This document shows, in pieces, positions 26,470 through 38,527 of a stretch of 64,000 nucleotides of DNA. A program made the translations under genes and the position numbers. The notes under the pieces were generated by a model, which saw only the letters and a list, made by a program, of their open reading frames with translations, was not told the DNA's origin and made no database searches. The stretch is from Bigelowiella natans CCMP2755 (Eukaryota; Protista; Cercozoa): NCBI GenBank assembly GCA_000320545.1, contig ADNK01002829.1, positions 60,544-124,543 on the forward strand, given 5' to 3'. The first letter of the stretch is position 1. Each line of letters opens with the position of its first letter.

Positions 26470-27900
26470 ATGATCACGCGCAGCGCGCGTGGCAACAACA
26501 AGCACCAGACACCCAAAAAGGGAAGAAAGCACAAAAAGAACCAACACGCAACGTTGGATCTCGATTCAGAATGCAATGATGACGACTGTGGCTCTGATAG
26601 GAAAAGTCATGATCTGTCTCAATGCCTTCGCGAAGTTACTTCAACACTGTCTGCAACAATGGAACGCAAAGAAACTCCTCAGTGGAACACAATGAAAAAA
26701 TTGTGTGAAATGCTGACCACAATGGTCCAGTTAGTTGATGAGAAACAACAACAATTGCAGCAAGATCAAAAAGACATGCAGGAGGAAAACGCTGGGCTTA
26801 AAAACAAATTACTGAAACTTGAAGAAGAACTGACTTATATCAAGGAACATCAGAAGAATGGCACAATGGAAGCTCAACCCTCCTCGATGCAACGGACCTC
26901 GAGAACTTACGCTAGTGTCACAACCTCATCACGCGCTGATGAACCTCATGGTCGAGATAAATATCCTGAAGCAGAAGTACAAAGACTAGCTGAGCGAAAG
27001 AATAGCCAGAGTTGGCAAGTTCCAAAAAGTCACGCCAGGAATCAAAGGAAATACAACCGGAAGTATAAACAGAACGTGCTCATATTGGAACTTGACAAAA
27101 AAGCCATGCTGCAAGCGGGGGGCGCCATTATGGCCTCCGGCGACCCATGTCGCACTGTTCTCACTGGCAAAAAAAAACATGCCAACGAACCAACAAGTGA
27201 GGAAACAAACACAGCAGATCCGAGGGATGAAAACCGCGACACACTGACAGAAGTTAACACCGAGGAAGAAGAGACTAAATGCCTAGCCGGAAAGAACGTA
27301 GAGGATTTGAACCCATCCAGTGAAAAAAAAGATGTTCCAGATATTGGGAAAAACCTGTCCAAAATAACTCCAAAGTTGATCGATGCACTAGGATTGAACG
27401 AATTCCAAATGCACGTAGCTTTCCAAGCGAAATATGGGAAGGACTTTCAAGGAATCCAATTCAAATCTAGGAATAAAACCCACCTAAAAGTGTTCTTCAA
27501 AGGCTCCAGAGAATCTAAGATGGATGCTTACCTGGATCTGCTTAACACCGAACATCAGTTAGGACAAGGATCATTCCTTCCCTCACTCTTTGGATTAGTG
27601 ACCACAGTCAGAGCAGCTAAGTCAAGGCCAAGTAAGCACTCTGTAGTTCTGAGAGGCCCAAGGCTGGGACCTAACGAGCAGGAAAAATCAACACGAATTG
27701 GAATCATCAAGCAGATAATCGAAACCAACATCGATGTAAAAGTCGCAGCAATAGAACCTCTCGGCAAGGGCCCTCTACTTCAGCTGTTTGTGCACTCGCA
27801 TGAAGAGGCCACCAAACTGCTGAATTCACAAATCACATATCAGGGCAGCTACCTACGATTCAGGGCATATGAAAACAGAAGGACACGTAAATATGGTTAA
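26470..27900 (+). CDS. LINE ORF1 (coiled coil, RTYASV-type motif, C-terminal RRM-like region)
   Basis: Intronless ~476-aa frame, A-rich sense strand, no microsatellites. Its stop overlaps the ORF2 ATG at 27893. Confidence 0.8.
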   Translation: MITRSARGNNKHQTPKKGRKHKKNQHATLDLDSECNDDDCGSDRKSHDLSQCLREVTSTLSATMERKETPQWNTMKKLCEMLTTMVQLVDEKQQQLQQDQKDMQEENAGLKNKLLKLEEELTYIKEHQKNGTMEAQPSSMQRTSRTYASVTTSSRADEPHGRDKYPEAEVQRLAERKNSQSWQVPKSHARNQRKYNRKYKQNVLILELDKKAMLQAGGAIMASGDPCRTVLTGKKKHANEPTSEETNTADPRDENRDTLTEVNTEEEETKCLAGKNVEDLNPSSEKKDVPDIGKNLSKITPKLIDALGLNEFQMHVAFQAKYGKDFQGIQFKSRNKTHLKVFFKGSRESKMDAYLDLLNTEHQLGQGSFLPSLFGLVTTVRAAKSRPSKHSVVLRGPRLGPNEQEKSTRIGIIKQIIETNIDVKVAAIEPLGKGPLLQLFVHSHEEATKLLNSQITYQGSYLRFRAYENRRTRKYG

Positions 27901-30900
27901 TCATTTGACTCTCCCCTACTACTACCAAAACATACGCAGTAAAAACGGAACTGAACAAGGCAGGCAAAGAATAAATAGAAGATATAATATGTTAAAAGAA
28001 ATGATAACCACCAACAACATCGAACTCGCCTGGTTTGGGGAAGGCCGCCTCAAAGAATCGGAGAGGCTGCATCCTCCAGCGGGATACGAAGTGATTCGGA
28101 CGAGCGGCTCCTCTGGGAGCTTTGGATTAAGAAAAAAGAACACAGATATAATTCATATACCTATAGATGATAACAATTACGATATTAGTTTTTTCATACA
28201 CAGCATTGAAAAATATGCTGTCATAATGGTGTACCTCCAGCCACACCAAAACATCTCACATCTGAAAGAGAGATTAGATTTCATAATGAACATCATTCGG
28301 AAACAGAAATGGAAAAAATACATCATCGTGGGGGACACTAATGCTAAACACTCCACCTACGATGTCCGAAACCAAGAAGATAGACGTGGCAGATACCTAC
28401 ACCAGTGGTTGTCGGATAACAACATCATGATGGTCAACCCTGGGGAAGCCACATATTTCAGAAAAGGAAACACAAGCACACTTGATCATGTGCTGTGCTC
28501 CTCAAACTTCGCACACCAAATAGAATATCAGATGGCCAACACCACGACAAGTGACCATTTCGGTATCCACTTTGGAAAACCTGTGGCAATCCATCAACAG
28601 ACTTCACCAATGATATATGACATCGACAAATTCGATGTAAAACGATTTGACGAAAAATTGAATAATATTACCGAACGCTTGCACCAGCGCATACTAAACG
28701 TTCAATCGGAGGCTGATGCAAAAAAGCTTGAACGCTGGTTCTGGGACTTTACCGGAAAAGCTTTTAATAGCTGCACACCAAAAAAACGACAACGTTGGAG
28801 TCCAATCAAGCCATACCAAAACGACAAAAAATATAAATCCATCAAAGATCAACAAGAAAAATTATTTAGATCCTTGAAACACGAAAGGAAATTTCGGAAG
28901 AGAAAATTATTAGAAACCAAGATCCAAGAAATCAACGCCGAACTTGAACGAACCACCGAAACCCTTCAGTACGAAGCATGGCAATTATTCTTGTCTCGCT
29001 TCGAAAAATACAACAATGGGAATCATACCAGAATGCTGTACAAATTATTCCAAAAATCCAGAGGGCGGGATAAATTCGGAGGACTCGATGGCGAAACCTC
29101 TGAAGAAAAAAAATGTGAAGTGTGTGTTGCCAAATGGAAACATATCTACAAACCACACCCGTCAGACAAGAAAAATCGAACCTTTCACGCTGAAACTGAG
29201 GCCTGGAGAAATACCTTCAGGAAAAATGAAGACAAAAAGATCCACAGTGTTAATTCATACAACAGAGATTTTTCTATGCATGAACTAAGAAACGTGATCA
29301 ACAAAGCATCACCGTACAAGTCTCCTGGCGATGATGGTGTTCACCTAAACATGTTGAAAAAAAGCAAGAAACTCCATCAACTGTGGTTAGCTACATTCAA
29401 CATGTCATATAGATGGGGTACCCGAGATGGCTCACGTAAGGCGGCCATTTTTTGTCTCATCCCTAAGGCCAACAAAGAACTTAACACCCCTCTCAACGGG
29501 AGAACGATTTCTCTCCTACAAATAGCTTCTAAAATAGAAGACAAACTAATAGAACAACGGCTCCGCGAAGCTATACCCCCCAAAAACATTAGCATACATC
29601 AGTATGCATTCATGAAAAATCGATCCTGCGAAACTGCACTCACAAAGATGACGCAGTCAATCGAGGATGGAGTATATAACAAAAAGCTTGCAGCCATCCT
29701 GTTGTTTACAGATGCCTCTAAAGCTTATCCAAAAGCCTGGCATTCCGGCATGATACGCAAGTTACATGACAAATACGGAATACGAGGCTCGCTATTGCTG
29801 TGGATCGACGACTGGCTCAGAGATCGTACCGCCAGATTCAGATTTGGCAATACTCTCTCTGAGCACATGAACCTTGGGAGCGGCGTCCCCGAAGGATCAT
29901 CTCTCAGCTGTTTCCTTTTCATAACCTATTACGACATTTACGAACATATTACCAACACAGATTTCCAAATATACTGTGACGACGTTACCCCCTACAAATT
30001 GTTTTCGCCAAACCGATGGGGGAAAATGCAAGATGATATCCAGGCCGACCTAAACCAAATGACGGACTGGTGCATGAAATGGCGGATGCGATTCAATGGG
30101 GACAAGAGCGGGTACCTTATAATTGACAAAAGAAATAAAGCCCACCGACACCAAACCTCCTGGAACATCTCTCTCAATCTCCAAGGAAAAATAAAAAGAG
30201 TCGACAGCGGCAGATGTCTCGGACTAATCTTCGACAACAAATTAACCTTTGAAAAACATGCTCTTGCTTCTCACCTGAGATTGCAAAAGAAGCGAAGGTT
30301 TTTGTTAAGGTTGTGTTATTCCAGACACCTTGTACCGCTAAACGTCAGACTGAAATTTTACAAATCATGGTTCCTTGCATCCAGCAGATACGCTGCTCCA
30401 ATATGGAGATCACGAAGAAACATACGAATAAAACAGATGGATTCCATGGAATCCCAAACCCTGAAACGTGTGTTGGGATTACCTGGATCCATCTCCAACG
30501 ACGTCCCCCACGTCCTCACTGGCACGTTGCCACCCCGATATCAAACTAAAGTGCAGTGTGCTAAATCATGGTTACGCACTAACGCATGGATCGACACAGG
30601 CAGCGGTCCTCAAATCCATGAGGGAATAAATGATTGGAGCAGTTATGGCTTCATCATTGAAAATCGAAAAATGTTGGATGGCACATCGTGGATTGATGTG
30701 CCCACACACACGTGGAACAAAGCATCCTTGTTTCGACGGCTCAAATCGATCACTGACGACTTGTTAGGTGACGAATTGCCCACCGTTTTGGCGACAACAG
30801 AGGCGCTGAAAAAAGAACTGAAAAAACATCACAAGGTGATGAAATCTTGTGCTTTCAACGAATTCGAAGAGAATAGGAAAGTACAAGACATATCCAGGTA

Positions 30901-30907
30901 TGCATGA
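27893..30907 (+). CDS. LINE ORF2: apurinic-type endonuclease + reverse transcriptase, lacking C-terminal zinc knuckle
   Basis: EN motifs VYLQP, IIVGDTNAKH, STLDHV and SDHFGI. RT motifs KSPGDDG, LIPK, RTISLL, QYAF, DASKAY, GVPEGSSLS, YCDD and CLGLIFD. Confidence 0.93.
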   Translation: MVNHLTLPYYYQNIRSKNGTEQGRQRINRRYNMLKEMITTNNIELAWFGEGRLKESERLHPPAGYEVIRTSGSSGSFGLRKKNTDIIHIPIDDNNYDISFFIHSIEKYAVIMVYLQPHQNISHLKERLDFIMNIIRKQKWKKYIIVGDTNAKHSTYDVRNQEDRRGRYLHQWLSDNNIMMVNPGEATYFRKGNTSTLDHVLCSSNFAHQIEYQMANTTTSDHFGIHFGKPVAIHQQTSPMIYDIDKFDVKRFDEKLNNITERLHQRILNVQSEADAKKLERWFWDFTGKAFNSCTPKKRQRWSPIKPYQNDKKYKSIKDQQEKLFRSLKHERKFRKRKLLETKIQEINAELERTTETLQYEAWQLFLSRFEKYNNGNHTRMLYKLFQKSRGRDKFGGLDGETSEEKKCEVCVAKWKHIYKPHPSDKKNRTFHAETEAWRNTFRKNEDKKIHSVNSYNRDFSMHELRNVINKASPYKSPGDDGVHLNMLKKSKKLHQLWLATFNMSYRWGTRDGSRKAAIFCLIPKANKELNTPLNGRTISLLQIASKIEDKLIEQRLREAIPPKNISIHQYAFMKNRSCETALTKMTQSIEDGVYNKKLAAILLFTDASKAYPKAWHSGMIRKLHDKYGIRGSLLLWIDDWLRDRTARFRFGNTLSEHMNLGSGVPEGSSLSCFLFITYYDIYEHITNTDFQIYCDDVTPYKLFSPNRWGKMQDDIQADLNQMTDWCMKWRMRFNGDKSGYLIIDKRNKAHRHQTSWNISLNLQGKIKRVDSGRCLGLIFDNKLTFEKHALASHLRLQKKRRFLLRLCYSRHLVPLNVRLKFYKSWFLASSRYAAPIWRSRRNIRIKQMDSMESQTLKRVLGLPGSISNDVPHVLTGTLPPRYQTKVQCAKSWLRTNAWIDTGSGPQIHEGINDWSSYGFIIENRKMLDGTSWIDVPTHTWNKASLFRRLKSITDDLLGDELPTVLATTEALKKELKKHHKVMKSCAFNEFEENRKVQDISRYA

Positions 30908-31595
30908 CAAGAATGACAAGCTAGAGATGCGCGCGCCTTGCCGAACATATATCTAGCCTAGTAGCAGCTAGATGCCGGGGCATTTTCGCTATTTTTTGCA
31001 ATGTGCGCAATTACCAAGGTAAGTACAATGTCATTGTAACAGGTCGAATGCCGCTATGTTGCATGTAACTGCAGTAAGCACATAATTTGTAATAGTCGAC
31101 ATGCATGCTGCAAGCGCCTATAGATGCCGTACGTACATCCAAATAGCAGCCATCATATCTAGATATAGCGAAGAGGCAGTCGCCGAGCTGGCTTGCACAC
31201 GATATACACAGTACAATTCGACTGCTGTAGTGCTAACTATATAACTAGATAATGCTAAACCCAGATTCGCTGCTGGAAAGCTATATAAAGCTGTCATTCG
31301 AGCAATGACTAACGCAATCATCATCACTTATTTATTATTATTGTTGTTGTTGGCGCAGGACCGCCCATCCATATCTATACATTGCTAGATTGGCTAAAGC
31401 AACACCATTTACTGGCTCTGGCGCATCATCATACTTAGCCTTGCTGCAGACATAATACGATACCGTATTCAATCCAACTAGCACTGACTAGATAGAGAGT
31501 GCGGACGTTTACGAACAACTAAGCATGATGATCTTGTATCTACATCATTTACCCCAAACAATATCCGTTTGCTTAATTCGTTAGTACGGCAACAT

Positions 31596-32448
31596 CTACT
31601 CTACTCCTTCGTCACCTGCATCTACGTTGTCGTCACCATCATCATCACCATCACCATCACCATCATCGTCGTCGTCTATGTCGTTCTCCAAGTGGATATC
31701 GTGCGGATCTGGAGATTCAAATAGATACACTAGAAATTTGGGTGTCTTTAAAATTCGATATCTCGAGTTGATCATGCGTGGGTATACGTCCTCTAAGAAA
31801 TAGTATAAATGTCCCACAAAAATCCCTAATAAATCTACAGTGCCATTGTTGCCCAGAACGACTGAGAAGGATAGGAGCACCCATGGCAAATACGGAGCTG
31901 TGAATGGAAACAATCCCAAAAAATTCATTCTACTGTACGGATTCCTTCGGCCCCAAAGATATACCATCATAAACGTAAGCGAAGATCCCAGAAAATTCAA
32001 TTGCATAAAGGGTGCCAAAAGCGTCATCAACGTTGCTCCGAAAAGTAGGAAGTAAAAAAAATCGGCAGTTTTTCCTCGAAATGCGTTCTCTTCAAGCTGT
32101 TTGCTATAGCGCACCAGGAAAAACATGTGGAACAGAAAATCCAGGGAGAACGAAGCTCCAAAGAAAAAAAAATTTGACATCAATCTCCAGAACTGCCCTT
32201 TGTTGAAAATTAAAGTTGCGCTGAAATATAAGGAGAAAGGCGACACAAGGTCGAGAGCACATGCAGCTGTGGTTAAGACAGCGCCAATCATGTACGTTCT
32301 TGTGATTGGCGGAATCTCACGAATCCATTGCTCAACCTGTGATAAGATTATAATAGGATTTCAATTGGTTTTATTGGCTTGTTTGTTTATTTATTAGCAT
32401 TGAATATTAACATTTAAAACAAAATGTACACACCTGTTCAAGGCTCAT
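31596..32448 (-). CDS. DER1: Derlin (Der1 family, Derlin-2-like) ERAD membrane protein; exons 32448-32434, 32336-31596
   Basis: MSLEQ|VEQWIREIPPITRTY, GQFWRLMSNFFFFG, LDFLFHMFFLVRYSKQLEE, APYLPWVLL and GHLYYFLEDVYP. Confidence 0.95.
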
Positions 32449-33279
32449 TGCTATGATGTCGAAGAAGAAGAAGAAGAAGTTCTGTGATGACGCCGTGCTT
32501 CTCTGCAAAATTTTATTTTAATTGATTCAATATAACGCTTGATGTCGAGTTGTTGAAACAGAAAGAAGCACATATAGCATTTTGCTTCGAGGAGCTTCGA
32601 GGAGCCTCATGCACGATGACATCTCATTTGCTGCATTAATTTACTTCTAATTTCTCTAAATGTCTATCAACTATATTTGCACTAAAATCGGAGGTTGACA
32701 AAAGACTGAAAGTCGCTGAGAGCACCTCCTCCTTCTTCTTCTCTGTCTGCTAGTCCCGTTTCCTATTCGAAACCAAACGAAGGAGCGGGTCCTTGGGTTC
32801 TTTGGCTAATGTTGGTTACTAAGGCTGAACACGTCAGCATCGAAGACAAGAAATTGAGTGAAATGTAGGACAATTAACCACTAAAACCGATCTAATTCTT
32901 TGCATATGGGTATAAATGAATTGTTTGAAGAATCTGAACCTATCCCATTGTCGTAAGAGCAAGATACACGGCGTTTTCTACTTATGTCTAGAGATAAAGT
33001 ATTACCCTAAGAACATCCTTCCAATTGTCATTGATACTATCGGAATTTAGAATAAAATGATGAATTATCATGAGGGATTAAATACAAGTATACTTTTTTT
33101 TAAGATATATTAGGCAATAATTTATGCCTAAATTATCATTTCAAAGTAGTGTCATTATCGAATCAGATACTAGACAGATGATCATGTCCGTCGTCGGGTA
33201 GATCTGGACATCGTCTGTCCAATTAACCACCACCACCACCACCCGTCATTCTTCAACCACGCTACTTGTACAAAGAACT

Positions 33280-34684
33280 ATGAGGATGCGGAGACGCCAG
33301 CAGCAATCTGGGATAATAGTGGGACGATTCATGTTTGCGGTGCTGACTATCTGGATTCCGATGATGTGCTCCTCCTTGCGCAATCATCATCAATCTGCTG
33401 GCTGCGGCGTTTCCCAACCCCTTGCTACCAATCCTCAACCTGCCTGTCGTCTTCAACAACATTCAGGTGGTGAAGTACCATCAATCATCAGATTGAAGTA
33501 TTAGTAATAGTAGTGGTTGTAAATGCTTTATCTCACACGAATTCCACTATAGCTCCAACAATCTGTCCCAAGCCGACACCATGAAAGATGATGAAGTTGA
33601 TGTGTGAACTACGAACTGCTATCTGACACACGGATGATTATTGATTCAAATAGGGCGCACAAATCTTCCGCAACCCAGAGTCGCCACTGCTTTCATCAAA
33701 CATGGTGCTTCTTCTACTAATGCTGCCCAGTGGGTTCAATTGAGGAGCACTACTCCCAACGAAAACAACAGTCTTATCACAAGGATGATGATGATGACAA
33801 CAATGCAGCAGCGGCCTAAGGCCAAAATGCACGCGTCGTTAGCCTTGAAGAGGCTGTTTGGAGGGCAGAGCTCTCCTGTTTTTTCCTTTGATAAGAAGAA
33901 GCACAAGTGGGATGGCGACCAACCTCGCAATGGAGATGATGATGATGATAATGATGAATCAAGAACTCAATCCCGACAAAAGAGAGCACGGAGATCTAGG
34001 AGTAGTGATCATCATCGTAGAAGGAAAAGGAGTCGTAGTAGTAGCATTCGGAAGAAGGACTACAAGTCGTCATCACGGAAAAGTAAGAATAATAAAGACG
34101 ATGATAGTTATCATCATCATCATCATCATCACCGTCGGCGTCATCATGATACTCGCAAGAGCAGGGACGATGACTATAGAGAGGAAAGGACTACTGGCAC
34201 TACGGTAGTAGTAGCAGCAGTAGAAGAAGAGCTGTTGATATTTGTACGACTACTGCTCCAATAATAACAACAAAACCAACCGTACACGCACTATTACTAC
34301 CACAACTATAACTCAAAGAAAGTACATTTACAACAACTTTCCAACAGCGCCATAATCTTCTCACTTGATATCATAAAGAAGGTTAAAAATAACGGCGATG
34401 ATGATGAGCAGCACTTCAATCAACGGCTCATGTATCACCAGAGCGGTGAGAATAATAACTTCATTACTACTACTACTACTACTACTACTACTACAACTAC
34501 AACTTAAGCAGCCCTGATCTACTACATTCATTTGCATAATCATCATCATTAAGAACATTGTGAAGATGAAGTCGAGATCTTCATTCTTCCCTCACATGAG
34601 ACTATTACCACATCGTCACAGCACCATAATAGTGTATTCATCATCGTTACAGTCTTCTACTACATAAATACACTTTGACCTGAA

Positions 34685-34717
<33 letters not shown>

Positions 34718-35888
34718 GCATCGATAGGTCGTGATTTGAAGGATAAATGGCAGCGAATAGCGGAGGATTCAAAGAATGGTATGTTTGTCGCATGTGTCGT
34801 TGTTGCAAGAAAACATGGTAAACATCATCAGCACATCGTTGTGTTTCTTAGATTCTAATCTTTTAACTGACCAACTTGGGAACCTAGAGGTGATATGTAT
34901 GAATACTACTATTAGAAGAAATAAATAATAATACTCTTTTTTAGACTACTACTATCCGCTTTCGCTCATCAAAAGGCTACTAATTACTACACCTTGTTCT
35001 CTTCCATACCAGTAAAACGCACACTTGAGTGGCGATCTACCACTACTACTACTGCTACTTTCTACTACTATACCACTATCACTGCAACTTCTTCATTGTA
35101 CCTCATCCTCCTCCTCCTCCTCCTCCTCATCATCATCATCATCTCAGGATAACTTTGCCCTGACATCTCACAAATCAGCGCTTGAAGATGTAGTAGAGCT
35201 ACACTATTATTACTACTGCTACTACTGCTGCTGCTGCTACTACTTCTTACTGGCATGCCTACCTACTTACCATCGTAATCTTGTGTTATTATGTATATAT
35301 GTATGTATATATGTATGTATCTATGTATTGGGAATGCAATCTCCTGTTTGACAGCAATATATACATGACGGCAGCCAATTTAGATCATCATCCTATTTTA
35401 ATAAAAATACTGTGTTGTGCCTTCTTCTCAGAAATCTGATGATGAGAATGATGAGAATGATGATGGAGGTTCAAATATTTCGGACAAGGAAAGAGAGCAT
35501 CGGTAGTAGTAAAAGTAGCCGTAGCAGCAGTAGTGGGTGCTGCACGGATGATGATAATGATTTGTACATTAAGTCATTCATGAAATGCAGCATGAATCCA
35601 TGCTTTTCTTCTCATTATACTTCTATCAGATCACAGGTTTTGCTTAAAAGGAGTGGTAAGAAGACCAAGGAGGAGCTCAGCAAGCACGATGAGCATCGTC
35701 ACTATAGTGACGACGATGATGATGACTACAAATCATCACACAAATCCCCATCATCATTTGATGTCAACGACTTTCTTAAGCGACAAACACAGTCCCAAAT
35801 CGCAAATATGCAAAGAAGGCAAAGGACAAACGATGAGTTTGATTACGCTTCTGATGATGAATGTGCGCTCGGGGCAATAGGGGAATAT

Positions 35889-35934
<46 letters not shown>

Positions 35935-36717
35935 GTAACATGTAGATATGTTATGATAATATTGTTGATCTCACACATTTTAGAAATAGTCAATAACAGC
36001 ATCCTACAATTGATGATGCTGACTGTGGTTTTGATGATGATGATGATGATGATGGGTGTATTCCTGCACAGCAGCAGGACGTCGATTCCTCCTCCTCCTC
36101 TTCCTCCTCTTCCTCCTTTATTCTCTTAGTGTCTGTGCAAGAGTCACGTATCTTGCCTCCTTCTATCTGCTTTCCATTATAATCATACACGATAAAAAAT
36201 AGCTACTTTCCAATGATTATATTGACTGTTACGCGTCATCATCATCACCATCCCCAGGGAATGCAGGAAGCATGGCAGCACCAGCCAAAGGAAAAAAGGT
36301 TTGATTCCTCCTATATGAGTATTCATACGATAGGGTGATAATTATTCCGTTGATGATGATGATGATGATGATGATAGAAAGATAGAATGCTAGATAGATA
36401 GAGATCATTGCTATAGATCTCATTATTACTACTTATCATTATTGTTTAATCTACTTGTTTGTTTGTCCTATCGTATTGTAAGAATCATCATGATGACCAC
36501 AAAAATGAGGAGGAAGTTGATGATATCTTGAAAGAATTTGAAAATACGGTCAGTCATTTACTTAGTACTTAATTGTGGAGTAATAGTAGTAGTAGTTGTA
36601 GTAGTAGTAGTAGTAGCGGTATTGATATAGCAGAGAGTGCTCTGTGAGTGTGAAAATGGACATTTCCAATGGTCTGCTGTAGATGTCAACAAGTGCATAA
36701 TGATTAGATCACTATAT

Positions 36718-36748
<31 letters not shown>

Positions 36749-37358
36749 CCATCCTTCGCCTTACAAAGATGTAGTCAAGTCTTCTTCCTTTATGTTGTTT
36801 ATCAAAGGTTAAGAACGAAGGAACTCCTCGGCATGATGACTATGAGAGGAGGAGGAGGAGAAGAAGGAGTCGAAGTAGAAGTAGAAATAGATGGTCAAGA
36901 CGATACAGAGAGGGGGGAGAGGAGGAGGATGATGATCGAGTGACCGATGAGGAAGGAAGGGCAAATGATAATCAAGGTGCCACTGGGAAAATACCCAAGT
37001 TGATGCGAAATTTAGATAAATCTCGTGCAGAAAGAGACCAAAACTACAATCGTAAGCGCATAGGTAATGAATGTCTCTACTAGTACTTATGTTATTATTA
37101 TATGCATGGAGAATTCAGAGAGAAAGAGATCACTATTGAGTGAGGATAATGAACCCTCCTCCTCCTCCTCCTCCTCCTCCTCCTCCTCCTTCTAGGCTTC
37201 GATGACAACAGGATGGTGGAAAGTAGTAGTCGTGAAAGGAGGAGGGAGGGGAGGACGAGCGAAAAGAGACCAAGGGTGTCATCGTCATCGTCGTTGCATC
37301 AAAATCGTCGTGAAGGAGGAGAAGTTGAACTTCCCTCTCTTAATTCGGTAGTAGTAAT

Positions 37359-37394
<36 letters not shown>

Positions 37395-37554
37395 TATATG
37401 CTGCAAGAGAAGACAACATTGTTCTTTCATCTTGAGCTTTAATCGCTTGCTCCGTGTTTATTTTATCGTTATCGTTGTCATCGTTGTGATATTAACATTA
37501 TTTACATACATACAAGTACCTACCTACTACTCTCGTACTATCTATAACAATAGC

Positions 37555-37588
<34 letters not shown>

Positions 37589-38136
37589 TTATCATCAGAT
37601 CCAGAGAGGAAAAGTGGTGGGAATCACAACTTTTGGTTGTACACACAAACACCCTGTCACACACCCTGTACCACAACAACACAAATCATCTACCTACTAT
37701 ATATACATTGATGTGGACACTATCATATGTATTCATTCCTACAAATATCATCATCTTCTTCTTCTTCTTCTTCTTCTTCTATTTGCTGATTTATGGTTGT
37801 GAACGTCCGTCGCATGTGTGACTTGTGTGGGTACTACTCCAGGCGCATTTGTAAGACTTGAGTTGTTTCCGGAGATTTCTGGCCTCGTTCATATTTCTCA
37901 GGTGTGTGCTGCTTCTTTTTCTATTCTATTCGTATTTTTATGTATGCGTGTGTGTATCAAGAGGAGTAGTCTTATGTACTCCTTTCTCTGAAGGAATCAA
38001 CAATAGCCTGGCCTTTCTTGACACAACAACCGCAGTGCATCATCATAAACATCGTCATCATCATCATCATCATCATCAACACTCAAAGAATTCTACGTTG
38101 TGTGTTTTCTCCCCACTGCGCTACTAATATTATGGA

Positions 38137-38167
<31 letters not shown>

Positions 38168-38336
38168 GTGGATGTGTGCTGCTGTGTGCAGCTTGCTCAC
38201 CAAAGAGTGGAAAAGGTTGAGGAGGTGCTAGATAAAGACGGTACTAATAATTATCCTACATGATAATGATAGTGATGATGATGATGATGATGTTTAAATA
38301 AACAATAATCGCACTCTCGAGTACAAATATAGATAA

Positions 38337-38374
<38 letters not shown>

Positions 38375-38495
38375 GTTTGTGTGCATGCCTAAATGAGAAT
38401 CAACCACTATTACAAAGACTACAGCGTCGTTGTCCTCCTCCTCCTCCTTCTCCTCCTTATTCTTCTATTAGTTTGATATCAACCGAGTAGCTGAT

Positions 38496-38527
<32 letters not shown>

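Larger units (their letters stand above)
25730..30909. mobile_element. Non-LTR retrotransposon insertion (APE-RT LINE), composite or inverted
   Basis: ORF1+ORF2 on + joined head-to-head to a 3' fragment on -, lying between two convergent host genes. The boundaries rest on a weak candidate TSD, AGAATGACA (25721-25729 / 30910-30918). Confidence 0.7.

Noticed and set aside
30898-30905. AG|GTATGC after LINE ORF2 as a splice donor
   Set aside because: No downstream exon with LINE-like coding was found; more simply an element/flank junction.
31596-32448. Derlin as a symbiont-specific (SELMA-type) import component
   Set aside because: No N-terminal targeting leader; it looks like the ordinary host ERAD copy.
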